The notes under the pieces: generated by a model
Databases searched by the model: none
What the model saw: only the letters and a program-made list of their open reading frames with translations
What the model was told of the DNA's origin: nothing
In this document: piece after piece, positions 24,001 to 36,745 of the stretch
How the letters are laid out: each line of letters starts with the position of its first letter
How positions within the stretch are numbered: position 1 is the stretch's first letter
Assembly (NCBI GenBank): GCA_013265495.1
Contig: MU058037.1
Span: forward strand, 124,001 to 188,000
Direction of reading: 5' to 3'
DNA from: Vicugna vicugna
Lineage: Eukaryota
Length of the DNA: 64,000 bases
Translations under genes and position numbers: made by a program

Positions 24001-25529
24001 ATAGGAGTGGGCCTTTGTCCTTGACCCTGGTCTGTGCTTTCCATTCTTCCCTCGGTCCTGGCCCTGAAGAACTCCCCAGTCTGGTTTGTCCTTTGCTCGG
24101 CCCCCCTGGAAGGATGTTGCATAAAATGAAGATGTGAGGGCTTTGGTTTCTGCTTCATGCCAGCAGTATTTTCTCCACTCTTGCACTTCTGGAGGACCTA
24201 CTGAAGCATTGGATGTTTAATTGAATGGAATAATATAAATTTGATTTGACTTTAAAATATATCATTAATTTGAACAAGATTCAAGAATATTGAGGCTTGA
24301 GAGAGACACGGAATGAAAACGAACACATCAGAAAAGTTCAGCTCAAGCAATAGATGGCTGCATCTCCCTCATAATCCCTTATAAAGTACTTTGCTGTTTA
24401 CAAGTCAAAACATTCTCATTCTGATTAATTTGAGGGCTCTAATAAGGTCTCAAAATTGTCCTGGTTCACTTTTAAGTGAACCAGCAAGCTGTAAGGTTCC
24501 CTTTGATCCATGTATGCAAATTAGTCTTTGAGGCTGATGCAGGTGACAATGGAATTTTCCAACTGCACAGCAATATATGCTTAATTATACATGGTATTGT
24601 TAGAGACACCCATTTTTCATGGAATTATGAAGGTTTCATAACTTTGGCAAAGTCATTTAATGAAAGCCGTACTGAGATTGCGGCTCTGATATTCTAAGTA
24701 ACATCTCTAGTCATCAGTGATTGGGCTTTCTGGGGGTTTTAAATTTGTGATAAATACCTCCTTTTATGTCTAAGGGTATGTGCTTTATTAAACACATTTT
24801 CTACTTGTTTGTGAAAGTTTTTGGTAAGATAAGCTGACTCGGTGGCTGATGTCATCACGTGCCCTCCAGCAATTAGCATGCTTTACTTTAGGAAATATTT
24901 GGGGAAGGAAGGAAAGAAGTAGAGAAAGTGTTTATAGGAAGAATGATAAATATTTAGGTTGATTATCTGTTTAAACAATTATTTGTGAAGTGCTGGAGCT
25001 GATAAACAAATTCTTTTTTTTTCTTTTGTGTCTGGAACTCATGGACTTTCATATTAAGGAAATTGGAACCAATGTCCAAGTAAGATCACACCATGCTCTA
25101 CTTTAATTTTGTAGGTTTATGCCCCGAGTTCCCTCAAATTATAGGATTTTTGGAATGTTTACTCCTCTTTTCTTATCTCCTGTCCTGGACACATACACTT
25201 CTTCAGTATTCTTTTGAATCCTCAAAGACTGTCACTTTTCTGCTGGGCTGGCAAGCATCATTCTTTTTTCCCCCCCTTTTTAATTAGATTTTCTCAGAAT
25301 GATGGAAACAATGGTGGGATATGATTTGAGGTCAGGGTATCCCTCCATCCACTTCAAATTGTCTCAGCACCACAGATTTCTTTGTATATAAATTAGGCAC
25401 TTCTGAGAACAGGATGAGGTCTTTGAGACCTACAGCTATGCTTAATTATAATACCTTATATTTGCATAATGTTTTAAAGTGCATTGTCTCCTATAAAGGC
25501 TCTTACCTCATTGTATTTTAATTGTATTG

Positions 25530-25655
25530 TTTAGAGGTCTGTCTCTCTTAAGAGAAAGTGAGCTTCTGAAAGGCCAGAACTATATATATTTCTCATGTGG
25601 CAGGCCTGGTACCTGGCATATAATTAGTGCTTTAATAATCATTTGTTGAATATGG
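25530..25655 (+). mobile_element. L2 3' end
   Basis: gtgagcttctgaaaggccagaac...cctggcatataattagtgctttaataatcatttgttgaat. Confidence 0.7.
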
Positions 25656-26019
25656 GGAACTTTTTCTACTAGTTTTACTCACAACATTATTGTGAGTATT
25701 AGATGAATCATTAGATGGAAAAACCCTGATCACTGAGCCTGGTACAGAGAGTGGAGAAAGGCTATTCCATTGGTTCTCTAAATAAATTCAGCTATTTACC
25801 TGAACAAATATGTCATATGAGACTGAATGATATATGCATGACAATAGAAGGGGAGCAGTGGTGAAAGGATTTCAAAATGATGAATAATCCCTCAAAGCAC
25901 TTATTTCTCTTAGAAATGTAAGATATGTTAGGGTAATAGATTTACATTCATTATTAAATTTTGATTACAGTTAAAGCAGACTGCAGTGGAGTTTGTGTGG
26001 GTGAATGTTTAATCATCAG

Positions 26020-26115
26020 TTTTTGACTGTAAACTCCAGAAGGCCAGCTTCTGTCATGATCAGCACTGTTTCCTCTGTGCCTAGCACAGTGCCTGGAATA
26101 CTGTAGGTATCCTGC
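26020..26115 (+). mobile_element. L2 3' end
   Basis: gactgtaaactccagaaggcc...tgtgcctagcacagtgcctggaatactgtagg. Confidence 0.75.
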
Positions 26116-26234
26116 AGCAGGATTAAGGAAAATGTCTCAGAAGTCCTCAAAAATTCAAGCGGAAGTTTTTAAATCATCGGAGTCTAATGATTGTAACAGT
26201 TTAAAAGCAGTTGTTCTTGAGACACTTTCAAGAA

Positions 26235-26735
26235 GACTGCATTAATGGGCCCAGTTCTTCCCTCCTCTCATGTCCACGTCCTTTGCCACCTGACTTTGCA
26301 GTTTGTCCCATTGAAGAGGAAGAATCTGTTTTCCTACCTCTTGGCTTTGAGTTTGGCCACGTGACTTGTTTTGGTCGATGGAATATTAGCGGGTCAAAGG
26401 CTTGGAGGGCAGACCAAAAGCTTGGAGAGCACTTGAAAATGAGGCTTATCTTCCTGTATCTCTGCTGTTGCCATGAGAGGTACACATCTGGCCTCGCTCT
26501 CCAGCCCCAGGAGGAGGATGAGTGACATGTGGAGAAGAGCTGTACCAACACAACCAACCCAGGACCAGGTCAGCCAGTCCACAGCTGAGACTAGCAGAAT
26601 TGCCCAGTGAAGTCCATTCTATATTATCTGCCCCTCAAGCAACACATAGAGTTGTGAGAGTATAATGACTGTTGTTTAAAGTCACTTAATTTGGGGTGTT
26701 TTTTGGCAGTATTTTTGTGGGAATGGCTAACTGAT
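26235..26735 (+). mobile_element. MaLR LTR (MLT1G/H-like)
   Basis: tttgccacctgactttgcagtt...ggccacgtgacttgttttggtcgatggaatattagc...tgttgtttaaagtcacttaatttggggtg...atggctaactgat. Confidence 0.8.
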
Positions 26736-28059
26736 TTGTTGAAATAATGAATGCTTAAATGATATTGCATGGCCAGCTATTCTTAGGTACCTATTTCTTT
26801 TTCTAGCATCACTCCTCAGAAGAAACCATCAGGCAATAAAATATGGAAGAAAGTGTCCAGAATTGTGAGTTAGGAGACCCAGGTTTTAACAGTGGCTCTG
26901 CTAACCTCACATGGCTTCACTGAGATAAATCTTAAAGTGAGGATAATTGTAGCAAATACATATCCCGACAATTTCATAGGAAGGGTATGAAGATGAAAAG
27001 AGATGGTAGACTGAAAAACTGAATGTCCTCTGCTAATATTATTACTAAGTTTTATCATAATGACCAATATATCTGACCTCATCAGTGAATGAACTATTTC
27101 ACAAAAGAGCATTTTTCAGAAAATATAAGTTTACATGTGTAAATGCCATTATGTTTATTTTTACTTTTTGTAGCCTTCTTAAACATGGTATTTTGACATG
27201 ATCATTACTTCTTAATGACTTGGGACTGTAATTTTGAATAGCAGTGGTTTTGCCACTTCATCAACTCCATTGTAAAATTATTAGGGGGGGGTCTCAGATG
27301 ACCTCTGATAACCTCCAGTGTCCTTTCTTGTTCTAATCTTGTTTCTTTATTGTGCTGCCATGCAGCTGAATATCTTTAGGGGCTATTGAAGCATGGAGGA
27401 CTTAGTAGTCCACTCACTGAATGTCCACCCTCACCCAACTGCTCTATGTGAACACTTCCACTTCTTCTGCCTGCTCTGTTGATCTCTTGTTCCTTGCCAC
27501 TGGTGCACTTTATTTAGTTCTCAGTGTGTTCTGTATCTAATCCATTGCTTTTTTCACACACATGGTTATCTGGAGGAGACCAAACTATCTGTACATATTT
27601 CTAATATTATTACATTCATAGCTCTTTGGGGTACCTGTGCTGCACAAAAGTCCTTTAAGCTAAATTTGGAGTCCCATGGGTTACAACTGGCTGAGGCTGC
27701 TGCAAGTTGGACCTCTGGGTAGACAAGGTTTTCCTGAATTGTTGGCCTCCCATCCACAGCGGTGTGTTAGTGTAGTCTTGAGTGTGTACCCCTTCATCTG
27801 TCTCCCTTCACTACACATTGTTTTATATGCTTTGCAGGGGAAACAAAGGCAACTTTTCAGACACCTAGTATGCATTCCCTCTGCATGTCTCCTATTCAGC
27901 TTTCAGATGGAGAGCAACATTTTACATCCCGCCTCATGAAAATACACGTGGACATGTTAATCATGCTTGAACCGCTTCTGATGTGTGGTCCAGCAAAAGT
28001 TCTCCCAACATCAGTTATATCACATGGGGTAGTGGGAAGAATACAAATGTACATTCAGA

Positions 28060-28280
28060 TAGACATGGACTCATGTATTGAGTTTGCCACCTGTTAGCCA
28101 TTCCATCTTTCCAGCTGTGCAATGATAAACCTCTAAGTTGTAGTTTTTCCCATCTATAAAATGAAGTTAATCATATTCCTCCTTTTTGTCCTGTTTTGAG
28201 GTTTAAACAAGGTATATGTAAGGAAGTGTATCACAGTGACTGGCAGATATAAGAATTTAATAAATGTTATCATTATTCAT
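28060..28280 (+). mobile_element. MIR SINE
   Basis: ttttcccatctataaaatgaagttaatc...gtgactggcagatataagaatttaataaatgttatcattatt. Confidence 0.75.
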
Positions 28281-28799
28281 CTTATTATTAGTATTATTAA
28301 TTGTAGGAATTTGTAAGATATGCAACAGCACAAAGAAAACTTAAAAATAACAGAATTCTACCACTTAGAGAACTATTGTTAATATATAGACATATATATA
28401 TTGTGTATGTGTGTGAGGGAGGAGTGTGTTTTTACCTAGCCCATTCTTTGTTATCCTATGAAATGGGCATTTCCCTAAGAAATTCTGATTAGAATTTTGC
28501 ACCTCATTTGGGATTTCCCTGACCTGATTTTGGAGCAAAATATTAACATATTTTTTAAGCAAGTATCTTCCCAAGAGACTAGGGGGGAAGGGTTCACAGT
28601 AAAATTATATAGAGCAATTGAAGGCTTCATTTCTTCGAATTATTTAGCTCAAATCAATGATATTTTCTAAACATGTGCTACATGGAATACATATAGCCAT
28701 TTTATGTTTATCCTAGATAAAACATCAAGAGTAAAAATGCTCTAAATTTTGCTTTTGGCAGGGTTGTATGTCCAAAGGTCAGTAATTTTCCTGTGTGGG

Positions 28800-30075
28800 A
28801 TGGTAGGGACTAGCTGTATGGAATAGTTAGGTTTTTTGATTAGGGACTGCTGTCTTTCTCTTGGAGATACCCCACAGATTAGGCAGCCAGAAATCAAGTT
28901 AAATGCTCCAAAATGTCAAAGCTTCAGTTGACAAAGAAATCATTTTAGAATCCTGGTGTGAAGTGCAAAGTAGACTTTTTCCTGAAATTTTGACTAGAAC
29001 TCACATCTGAAAACAAAAGACGCCAAAGTCCCCTGCGTTTTGAGTCCAGAGAATTGGCAATTTGTAGGAACAGTCACCTCCCCACTCAGTCTGCCTACTG
29101 CGAGGCATGGTTTCAGCAGAACAGGTACCAACATTCCTCCCCTATTTGCTTGCTTCTCCCTCCATCAAGTAAAAAGTGGCTATAGGATGTGAGGCCATCT
29201 TAGGAGGAGATTAGCAGTTCATGAAAGGGCAGCCACTCCTTCCCCTCCTCCCCTTCCTGTGGGGCGTTCAGCTTACTCCTGTAAGACGGAAGGTGGCAGG
29301 ACTGCCACAACCTCCTCACCTTGAATCTGACTGTACAATTAGCTCCTGGACCCAGATTACTGAGCTAGCAAGCCAGCAGAGTGTGCCGATACCCTGGGCT
29401 GGTGTTTCTGGGGCATAGGGTAATGGCAAGGCGGAAAGTCAGAACTGAGACGCAGAGTGCCAGGTGCTGCAAGCATTCCCACCCTTCAGCATGACAAGAG
29501 TGTGGAACTTTCCTGTGCCTGTGTGGATACCACAGAAGGTGGCTAGAATGTAAACTCTCTTGTATCCTCCACGAGGGCTGCCAGTTCAGTAAGGAAGTCC
29601 CATCAGCAAGTCACCGTGGGGAGGATACTGGGGAGGGGTGAGAAAGAGGCCAATTCAGCCAGATTTCCACTCTAGGGCACTCAGGGGCAGCCTCCCCTGG
29701 AGTCCTCTGAAGAACCAGTGTACTGTTTCCCTTCAGAGAGCCAGCATTGTAAATTGCTGCCTCATGGAGAGAACCCAGGGCAGTCAGAGTTACACAGGAC
29801 AACAGTGACACCAATAGAAAAGAGATGCTTACCTCACCACCATCACAGAAGGGAACTATAATTATAATCAACAAGGCAGAGGGAAGGCATTTCTCCCTTC
29901 TTCCCTCCACCTCAACCCTGAGGAGTCTGGGTAGAGAAGAGGGCAGCGTGTGAGAGCAGTGTCCCCTTATTTTGATATGACCCCCCATTCCGAGTCTCTG
30001 GAGCCACTAGTCAGCCTCAGTGGGAGGAAAGTTTGAATCAAATAATGAGATTGGATTTTTAAAATAAGTTTTAGG
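28800..30075 (+). mobile_element. Ancient Gypsy-type LTR (MamGypLTR-like)
   Basis: The 3' part ctcccttcttccctccacctcaaccctgaggagtc...gtgggaggaaagtttgaatcaaataatgagattgg resembles the MamGypLTR consensus; the 5' boundary is uncertain. Confidence 0.45.
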
Positions 30076-30289
30076 CTGTTTTAATATTAATTAAATATTA
30101 AATGAAAAAATATAACATAGCATATTATATATAAAATATAAATAATAAAATGATCTTTCAGTGATTCACTTCCTGACTAGCAGCATTCACTCAACATTTT
30201 ATCAAGTGTCTACAATGTTTGTTAGGTATTGAGCAAAAGTGTTAGGGATTCAGGAATGAATAAAACATGTAAATGCCTACCCCTTACAG

Positions 30290-30940
30290 TAGAGATTACT
30301 GGCTGTTGAACAAAATCTTTTTCCTCGTCTTCTAGAACACAAAACTTGATTACCTTTCCCAGCCTACCTCGCAGTTGAGTATGGTCATGTAACTAGTTCT
30401 AACCAATGGAATATGAATGGAAGGTATTGTCACTTCCTCCTCTAGGCAGTTCCATCATACTCTTTCCTTGTCAGCTGAATGCAGATAATTATAAGTCCCT
30501 GGGGATGCCAGAGCCACAAGATAGAATGTGTCTGAATCCCTGAATTGCCACATGGAGGAAAAGCCACCCACTGACCAGAAAACACACTTTGGACTATTAT
30601 GTGAACAAGAAATAAACTTCTGTTGTGTTTGAATGGTTATGTATTTGGGGGACTACAGTTGATCCTTGAACAACATGGGTTTGAACTGCATGGGTCCACT
30701 TATATGTGGATTTTTTTTCAGTAGTAAGTATTATAGTGCTACATGATTCACGGTTGATTGAATCTGAGGATGCAGAACCATGGATACAGAGGAACTGTGG
30801 ATACTGAGGAACTGTGTATGTGAAAGACTGTCTATATTCAGATTTTCAACTTCATGGAGGATCGGCGCCTCTAACTCCTGTGATGTTGAAGGGTCAACTG
30901 TGTTTATTATAGCAATTCATCCTACCCTAGTTAAAATACC
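30290..30940 (+). mobile_element. MaLR LTR (MLT1I/J-like) interrupted by MER8
   Basis: ttcccagcctacctcgcagttgagtatggtcatgtaactagttctaaccaatggaatatg...aagaaataaacttctgttgtg; resumes at 30901 with tgtttattatagca...aaatac. Confidence 0.8.
30656..30900. mobile_element. MER8 (TcMar-Tigger MITE)
   Basis: TIRs cagttgatccttgaacaac / gttgaagggtcaactg; TA on the left and TG on the right; interior matches MER8. Confidence 0.9.
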
Positions 30941-33189
30941 AGTGCAATAGGAATTTTCCTTTTAATAATTAGAATTTTGGTTCTTTCCTGATTTGTGGAT
31001 AACACTTAGTTGTTTGACTCCTTTTTCACTTTCCTGCCTTTCTTTTTGTAGCTGGGAATAAAGTTACTGTGAGATTCTCTGGAGATATTGTAACAGAAGA
31101 GAACTGTATTTAAGTGAAATTATTAGAATCAGGTTCTGAACAGATCATTGATCTTTTTTTGCTATGGCTGAACTCTTTCTTAAGGCAAAGTAGCAGTTAT
31201 CAGTAGACAAGAATGTCTATGATTAGGAACAGAGATCACTGTAGAACCTGATCAAGGACCAACCTTGACATGGCTAACTCATCATAGGTCCTGGGTTTGA
31301 CAGTCAGAACCTCTCCCTATTTTTCCCTTTTATGCTAAAAAATCCCCAGGAGTGTAGTGTTCCACTGGCTTCAGGAGAGGAAAATTGTGGAATAAGGTGG
31401 GGGAAAAGGGAGAGAAATTTACTTTGCCCAGGAAGGAAGTCTCTAGCAATCGACAGATAACCCTAAGGAGCTTGGAGGAAGTTCATTTATGCTTAAAAAA
31501 ATTCACTTAGGTCTCCCTGATAATAAAATGAATACAAAGTAGATGAGAATTTTTAGGTTGGAGAAGTGATAATTTTTTAAGATAGGAACTTTAAAATTGA
31601 ATCAATAAATACTGATGTGTGTATGTGTATACACACATATATGTAAAGTTCATACATTTAGTTGATCGTTGCTTGACCTATTATTTTAAAGTTCACTCTG
31701 AAAAGAAAAGAAAAGAAAAAAATAAAATAAAATTACTCTGTATGATATTTAGCATGTGTCTACATAGCATTTTTCAAGAACTCCAAAGCACCTGCTGGGA
31801 AAATGTGTACTATGCTAAAATATATTTCATGAGAGAAGTTCTCAAGAGGAAATCACAAAAGAAATTAGAATAGCCAAAGTCTTTAAGAGAAAGAAAATGT
31901 CATAAATAGAGATACCGCAAAATCTTTTCCTCTTGACTCCCTAGTTCCGATTGGCATTTCCCCTTTCTCTACTGCTCCATCAGTGATTTATTTGAGGCTG
32001 AAGGCAGATGCCTGGATGATTTGTGAGGCCTCCCTAATGCCACGGTGATAGGGATCAATGATTTGCTCTAAGAAGTAGTAAAATGCATCATCTCTATTGA
32101 ACAAACGATATTTCTAAAAATATTTTGCTAAGCATAGGAGTAAAACTTGAGATTTACTGTCAGGAAAGAAACATTAGAAAGTTAATCCATCTCCTGCATG
32201 ACACGATTGGCATTTCTCTCAATCAAACTTTATCTGTCATTCCATGTTGAAAGGAAACAGGTGCCTCAAAAGATGTTTATTTCTAAACAGTTTTCTCCGG
32301 AAGAGGAAGAATTCTGCTTCATACAGTGCATTTTACTGTATTACTCCTCTTTAGTATGAAGTTGAGGGCAAGAGACTACTAAGACTAAAATGAACCCAAA
32401 CCAATAATTATGTACCGAAGCTAAGTGGCTAAAAGAAGTACTTTATGTGCAATTATTTATTTTTTCACTTTTTCTCTGATTATAAAATGAATGATATACT
32501 CAGTGCAGAAAGCTTGGAAAACCCAAATAAACACAAATCAAAAAGCAATCACACCACCCAAAGAAAACCTTCTCATCTGTATTCACTTAATATATATTTT
32601 TAATAGCTCTGCTTTACTTAAAACATTTGCAGGCCGTGGATTTCAAACCAGAGGCCAGAAACCTAGCAACTTGCTACTACTGGACAAGAGAATGGGGACA
32701 TATTGAAAATGATAAGAGAAACAAAAGATTTAAAGAAATAAATCTACAGAAATCTGGTGAATGTATTTTAAAAATATTGCAAGTTAACTTGTGTTAGAGC
32801 TAATTGATACTTTTGCTCTCCTGGTAAAAATACATCCATATTTTACAAACAAAATGCATTATAATGCATCTAACTCCTGTATATAGTAAATATGGCTGTG
32901 ATCACCCAGGAAATATTAGGAAGTTGGAAAATTACAGTGTTACAAATGTGACACATGGACTACAGAAAGAAATGGATTATTTATTTATTTATTTTTGGAA
33001 ATGGATTATTTCGAGTATTACCAATTATTATAACTTGCTAATGGCTGTGAAAGCTTTTTGTCAATTTTACTGTGCCCTGCAGATGCTATTATTATTATTG
33101 CTGTTAATTACTATTATTCTTACTAACTATATGGAGAGGAAGTTAAGGTGGGAAAAGCTGAATTTACACAGTAAAATGTCCCCTGATTT

Positions 33190-33630
33190 CTTTTTTTAAA
33201 ACACCTTTATTGTGATTTGGTTCCTGTACAGTAAACTACACATATTTCAGATGTACACAATCCTGATAGATGGACACACTTATGAAATCACTGCCACAAT
33301 CAAGGTAGCTAACATTTCCATCACTCCCCAGGAGGTGCAAATTTTGAACACCCAATTTATCCCTTCCCACCCACTTTACCCCCTGGTAACCATAAGTTTG
33401 TTCTCTTATGTCTGTGAGTCTGTTTCTGTTTTATAAATAAGTTCATTTGTGTCTCTCTTTTATGGATTCCACATATGAGTGATATCATATGGTATTTTTC
33501 TTTCTCTTTCTGGTTTACTTTATTTAGAATGATGATCTCCAGGTCCATCCATGTTGCTGCAAATGGCATTATTTTACTCTTTTTTATGGCTGAGCAGTAT
33601 TCCATCATATACCACATCTTCTTTATCTGG
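33190..33630 (-). mobile_element. L1 3' fragment(s); the 33345-33630 part is camelid/cetartiodactyl-type
   Basis: cccctggtaaccataagtttgttctc...ccatccatgttgctgcaaatggcatt; the ORF track reads AIKKSKIMPFAATWMDLEIIILNKVNQKEK (L1 ORF2 C-terminus). Confidence 0.92.
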
Positions 33631-34230
33631 TCATCTAAATGTTCCCTGATTCTGAGGAAGATATAATGGCCTGAATATACAGTATTAGCAAGAAATATTT
33701 TAGGGTGGTCATGTAGGAGAATGATTCAGTTTGATCCTATGAATCCTCAGAGGTCAAGATAAAGACTTTGGGCAGTTTCCTTAATTAAAGAAATCACTTT
33801 AGAGAAATAAATATTAAATTAAATGATAATTAATAGCATTCTACCTTCATGAGAAAATTTCCCCTAAATTTCAGCAATTTTACTTTACTTTGGATGTCCC
33901 TCTGTTAAAGCCCAGGCAGGGCTTTGGGACCATATTGAGTTGTTTCCCTGTTTGGAAAACACTTTGGTCTCTTCGTGTTGAGCTTTTCCCCTAAGTCAGC
34001 CTGTTAAGGTATTTCTTTCATGTTTTAGTTAGAATCATTTCCAGCCCTTGAAAAGCAAATACAGTATGTTATGTCATCTAAGAAGCTGCTAGTTTTTTGC
34101 TTGTCACCCACCGATGTTAAAATTACATAATTTGTAACAGCCCAAAATGGCTGAAATTGCAGAAAGTTGAATTGTCTCTCTTTGAAAATGTAACATTATT
34201 GTTATCACAGGGCCTTTATTTTATGCCTCT

Positions 34231-34525
34231 GTATAAATCAGAGTAGGATAAGTGTCATAACAAACCATTCAAAAATCTCAGTGGCCTATTACAATGAGAG
34301 TATATTTCTCATTCATGTCACATTCAACTCAGGTAGGGAGTGTAGGTGCTTCTGCTCCACTCATTCAGGAATCTAGTCCCCTTCTATCATGTGGTATATA
34401 GATCTCTTCCACTCACATTTCATTCGTCAGAACTCAATGATATAGCCCGTCCTAACTGTAATCCACCTCTATGCCCAGGAAAAAAAGAAATGTTTTGTGA
34501 ATGCATAGAAGTCTCTGTGTCACCT
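34231..34525 (-). mobile_element. Old MaLR LTR fragment (MLT1J/K-like)
   Basis: tgtataaatcagagtaggataag...ataacaaaccattcaaaaatctcagtggc...ttccactcacatttcatt. Confidence 0.65.
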
Positions 34526-34899
34526 CAAGAAATTGGAATAATAGGCAATAGAAAGTCTAAACTCCGGTAGATTTTTTTCTTAAAGTAGAAATTTACCATT
34601 AAAATGAGACAAATGGTTCTGTGGTAAACATTTTGGTTTTGAAGTATTCCCAATATACATCAGTGCCTCTCAAGTTGGTTTTAGAGAGATTCTATCAATT
34701 GCTGGGCTGTAGGGGCCCTTACTCATGATCATACATCATTACATGGCATGATAAGGGGCAGTGCTTTCTGACCTGGGGTCCCCTACCCCTGAACATTTTC
34801 AAAATGGGTCCATGAACCCATACATAAAAAGTCATTTTCTAAATTAGCCACTGAACCAGGTTAGAGGACATTATATAATGCCCAAGAGTGCCATGCTGT

Positions 34900-35025
34900 T
34901 CTTTGCTAATGATACAATTCTAAGAATTGAGTTGTATTTCTTGGAGCCAATTTAAGAGGACTTATGGAAAATTGGAGGATGTTCAGAGAAGAGTGACTAC
35001 GGGAATGAAGGCGTTTCAAATCATA
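34900..35025 (+). mobile_element. L3/CR1 LINE fragment
   Basis: ttggagccaatttaagaggacttatggaaaattggaggatgttcagagaagagtgactacgggaatgaagg matches the CR1 RT 3' region. Confidence 0.65.
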
Positions 35026-35730
35026 TCATTCATTCAACAGCATTGAAGGCTTACCATGTCCCATTCACTATGGTGCTGGAGATGTGGGGAGAACAACAGA
35101 AATAGTGTTTCTGCCTTCATGGAACTTAACAATAGTGATAATGAACAAGGAAATAAGTGTATGAGCATGTTAAATTTAGCTAGTTATAAATGCCTGAAGA
35201 AAAAGAGAGTGATGTGCTAGGGAGTGTCTAGTAGGGATAGGACTTCATTAGATTGGATAAGTCAGGGAAGGTCTTTCTGAGGAGGGTGAGATATTCCAGT
35301 GGAGATCTGAGTGATAAGGATCCAGCCACTCGGGAAAGAGCATTCCAGATAAAAGCCCTTATGTGGAAAAGACTTTAGTTTTCAAATAACAGAAAGGCCT
35401 TTGTGACTGGAGAGCCTGAGCAAAGAGGAGGAGTGACATGGCTGGGTTTACATGATTAAAATGGCGTTCTGGCTGCTGTGTGATGAGTGGGATATTATGG
35501 ATGCAAGGGTGGAACCAGAGAGACCCGTTATGGGCTGCTAACTATCAAGGGAAGAATGGTGGAGCTTGTAGAAACTGTTAGCAGTAAGAAGGCAAAAGAA
35601 GTTGATGGGTCTTTTTTGGAGGTTGGCTGTTGTTAGAGAAAGAGGAATCTACATTACATTACTCCTAGGTTTTTAGCTTGGACTATTGGGTGGAAATCTT
35701 TTGGGGATGTTGAATGGGGGTTGATCCAGA
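35025..35730 (-). mobile_element. L2a LINE fragment
   Basis: Begins cattcattcaacagcattga; includes ctgccttcatggaactta and gtcagggaaggtctttctgaggagggtga. Confidence 0.85.
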
Positions 35731-36049
35731 TAAACTTTAGGATTCCTTAGAACTTAAGGACACATGATTTGATGAAAGACAAAACAGAAGCTGGGTGGGG
35801 TATTGACCCCAGTGATGGGGACATGCTGAGCTTGCTCCTGGAGGCTCTGTCCTGTCATGTTTTAACCACAGGCTCCCATAGGTACCATGGGCTCCGCACC
35901 TGCAGTACTGATCTGTAGGAGGCTGCGCTCTCTGCTGCATTAAAATAGAAAGTGGCTGTTTTGTAGATTGGAACACTCCTTCCACTTTACCCTCCTTTTC
36001 TGAGTCATGTGGCTAATTGCCATTCTTTTTCCTTGGTTCAAAAAAAGCT

Positions 36050-36420
36050 TAATCTCATGAGAAGTCACATTCTGACTGAAATACATTCCCTGCTTTTCTT
36101 ATAGCTAGGGGTGGCCAATGAGATGTAGGCAAAACATATTGGGTGGGACCTATGAGAAGACTGTAAGAGGGAGAGTTCTGCTTGGAACACAAGTGTGATG
36201 GCTGGAGATAAAGCAACTGTCTTGGCATAAAGCAAGTGTGAAAATGGAAACAGGGAACTCAGGGACTCAGGAGGGCAGAGCAGAAAGGTGAAAGGAGCCC
36301 AAATCCCTGATGACAAATGGCCTATCCCCATACTTCTTTTATGCAAATGAAAAAGAAACAGCTGTTTTGTTTAAAGCACTTATATTTTAATTACTAGCAG
36401 CCAAATGCAGCTCCTCCCTA
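36050..36420 (+). mobile_element. MaLR LTR (MLT1J-like)
   Basis: tatagctaggggtggccaatgagatgtaggc...cttggaacacaagtgtgatggctggag...ctagcagccaaatgca. Confidence 0.75.
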
Positions 36421-36499
36421 GCTGAGACTACTTTTTAAGACAACCTCTTCTAACTTCTTTGAGCTGCTCTGTGACAGGTTCCTTGGGCAAATGAGTTCG

Positions 36500-36745
36500 G
36501 TCAGTGCTGCCTGCTATATCCCTACTAAGGCGTTCCTCACCCACTCTGTTTCAACATGCAACCCGCTCAAAGTGTATTCCTCATCCTCACTTCCTGCTTC
36601 ATTTTTTGCCACGTGACTTATCCTTATCTTGCATGCCATGTGATTTATGTATTTTATTTATTGCCTTCTCTTGCATCTCTCCCCACAATTTAGAAGTAAG
36701 CTCTATGAGGATTTTTGTCTATTTCATTCACTGCTGTATCCTCTG
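36500..36745 (+). mobile_element. L2 3' fragment
   Basis: tctccccacaatttagaagtaagctctatgagg...cattcactgctgtatcc. Confidence 0.7.

Noticed and set aside
25364-25376. Second RE1-like site TCAGCACCACAGA
   Set aside because: Only the left half-site is present; the GGACAG right half is absent.
30080-30102. AT-only palindrome tttaatatt-aatta-aatattaaa
   Set aside because: It lies in a low-complexity AT tract where such symmetry is common.
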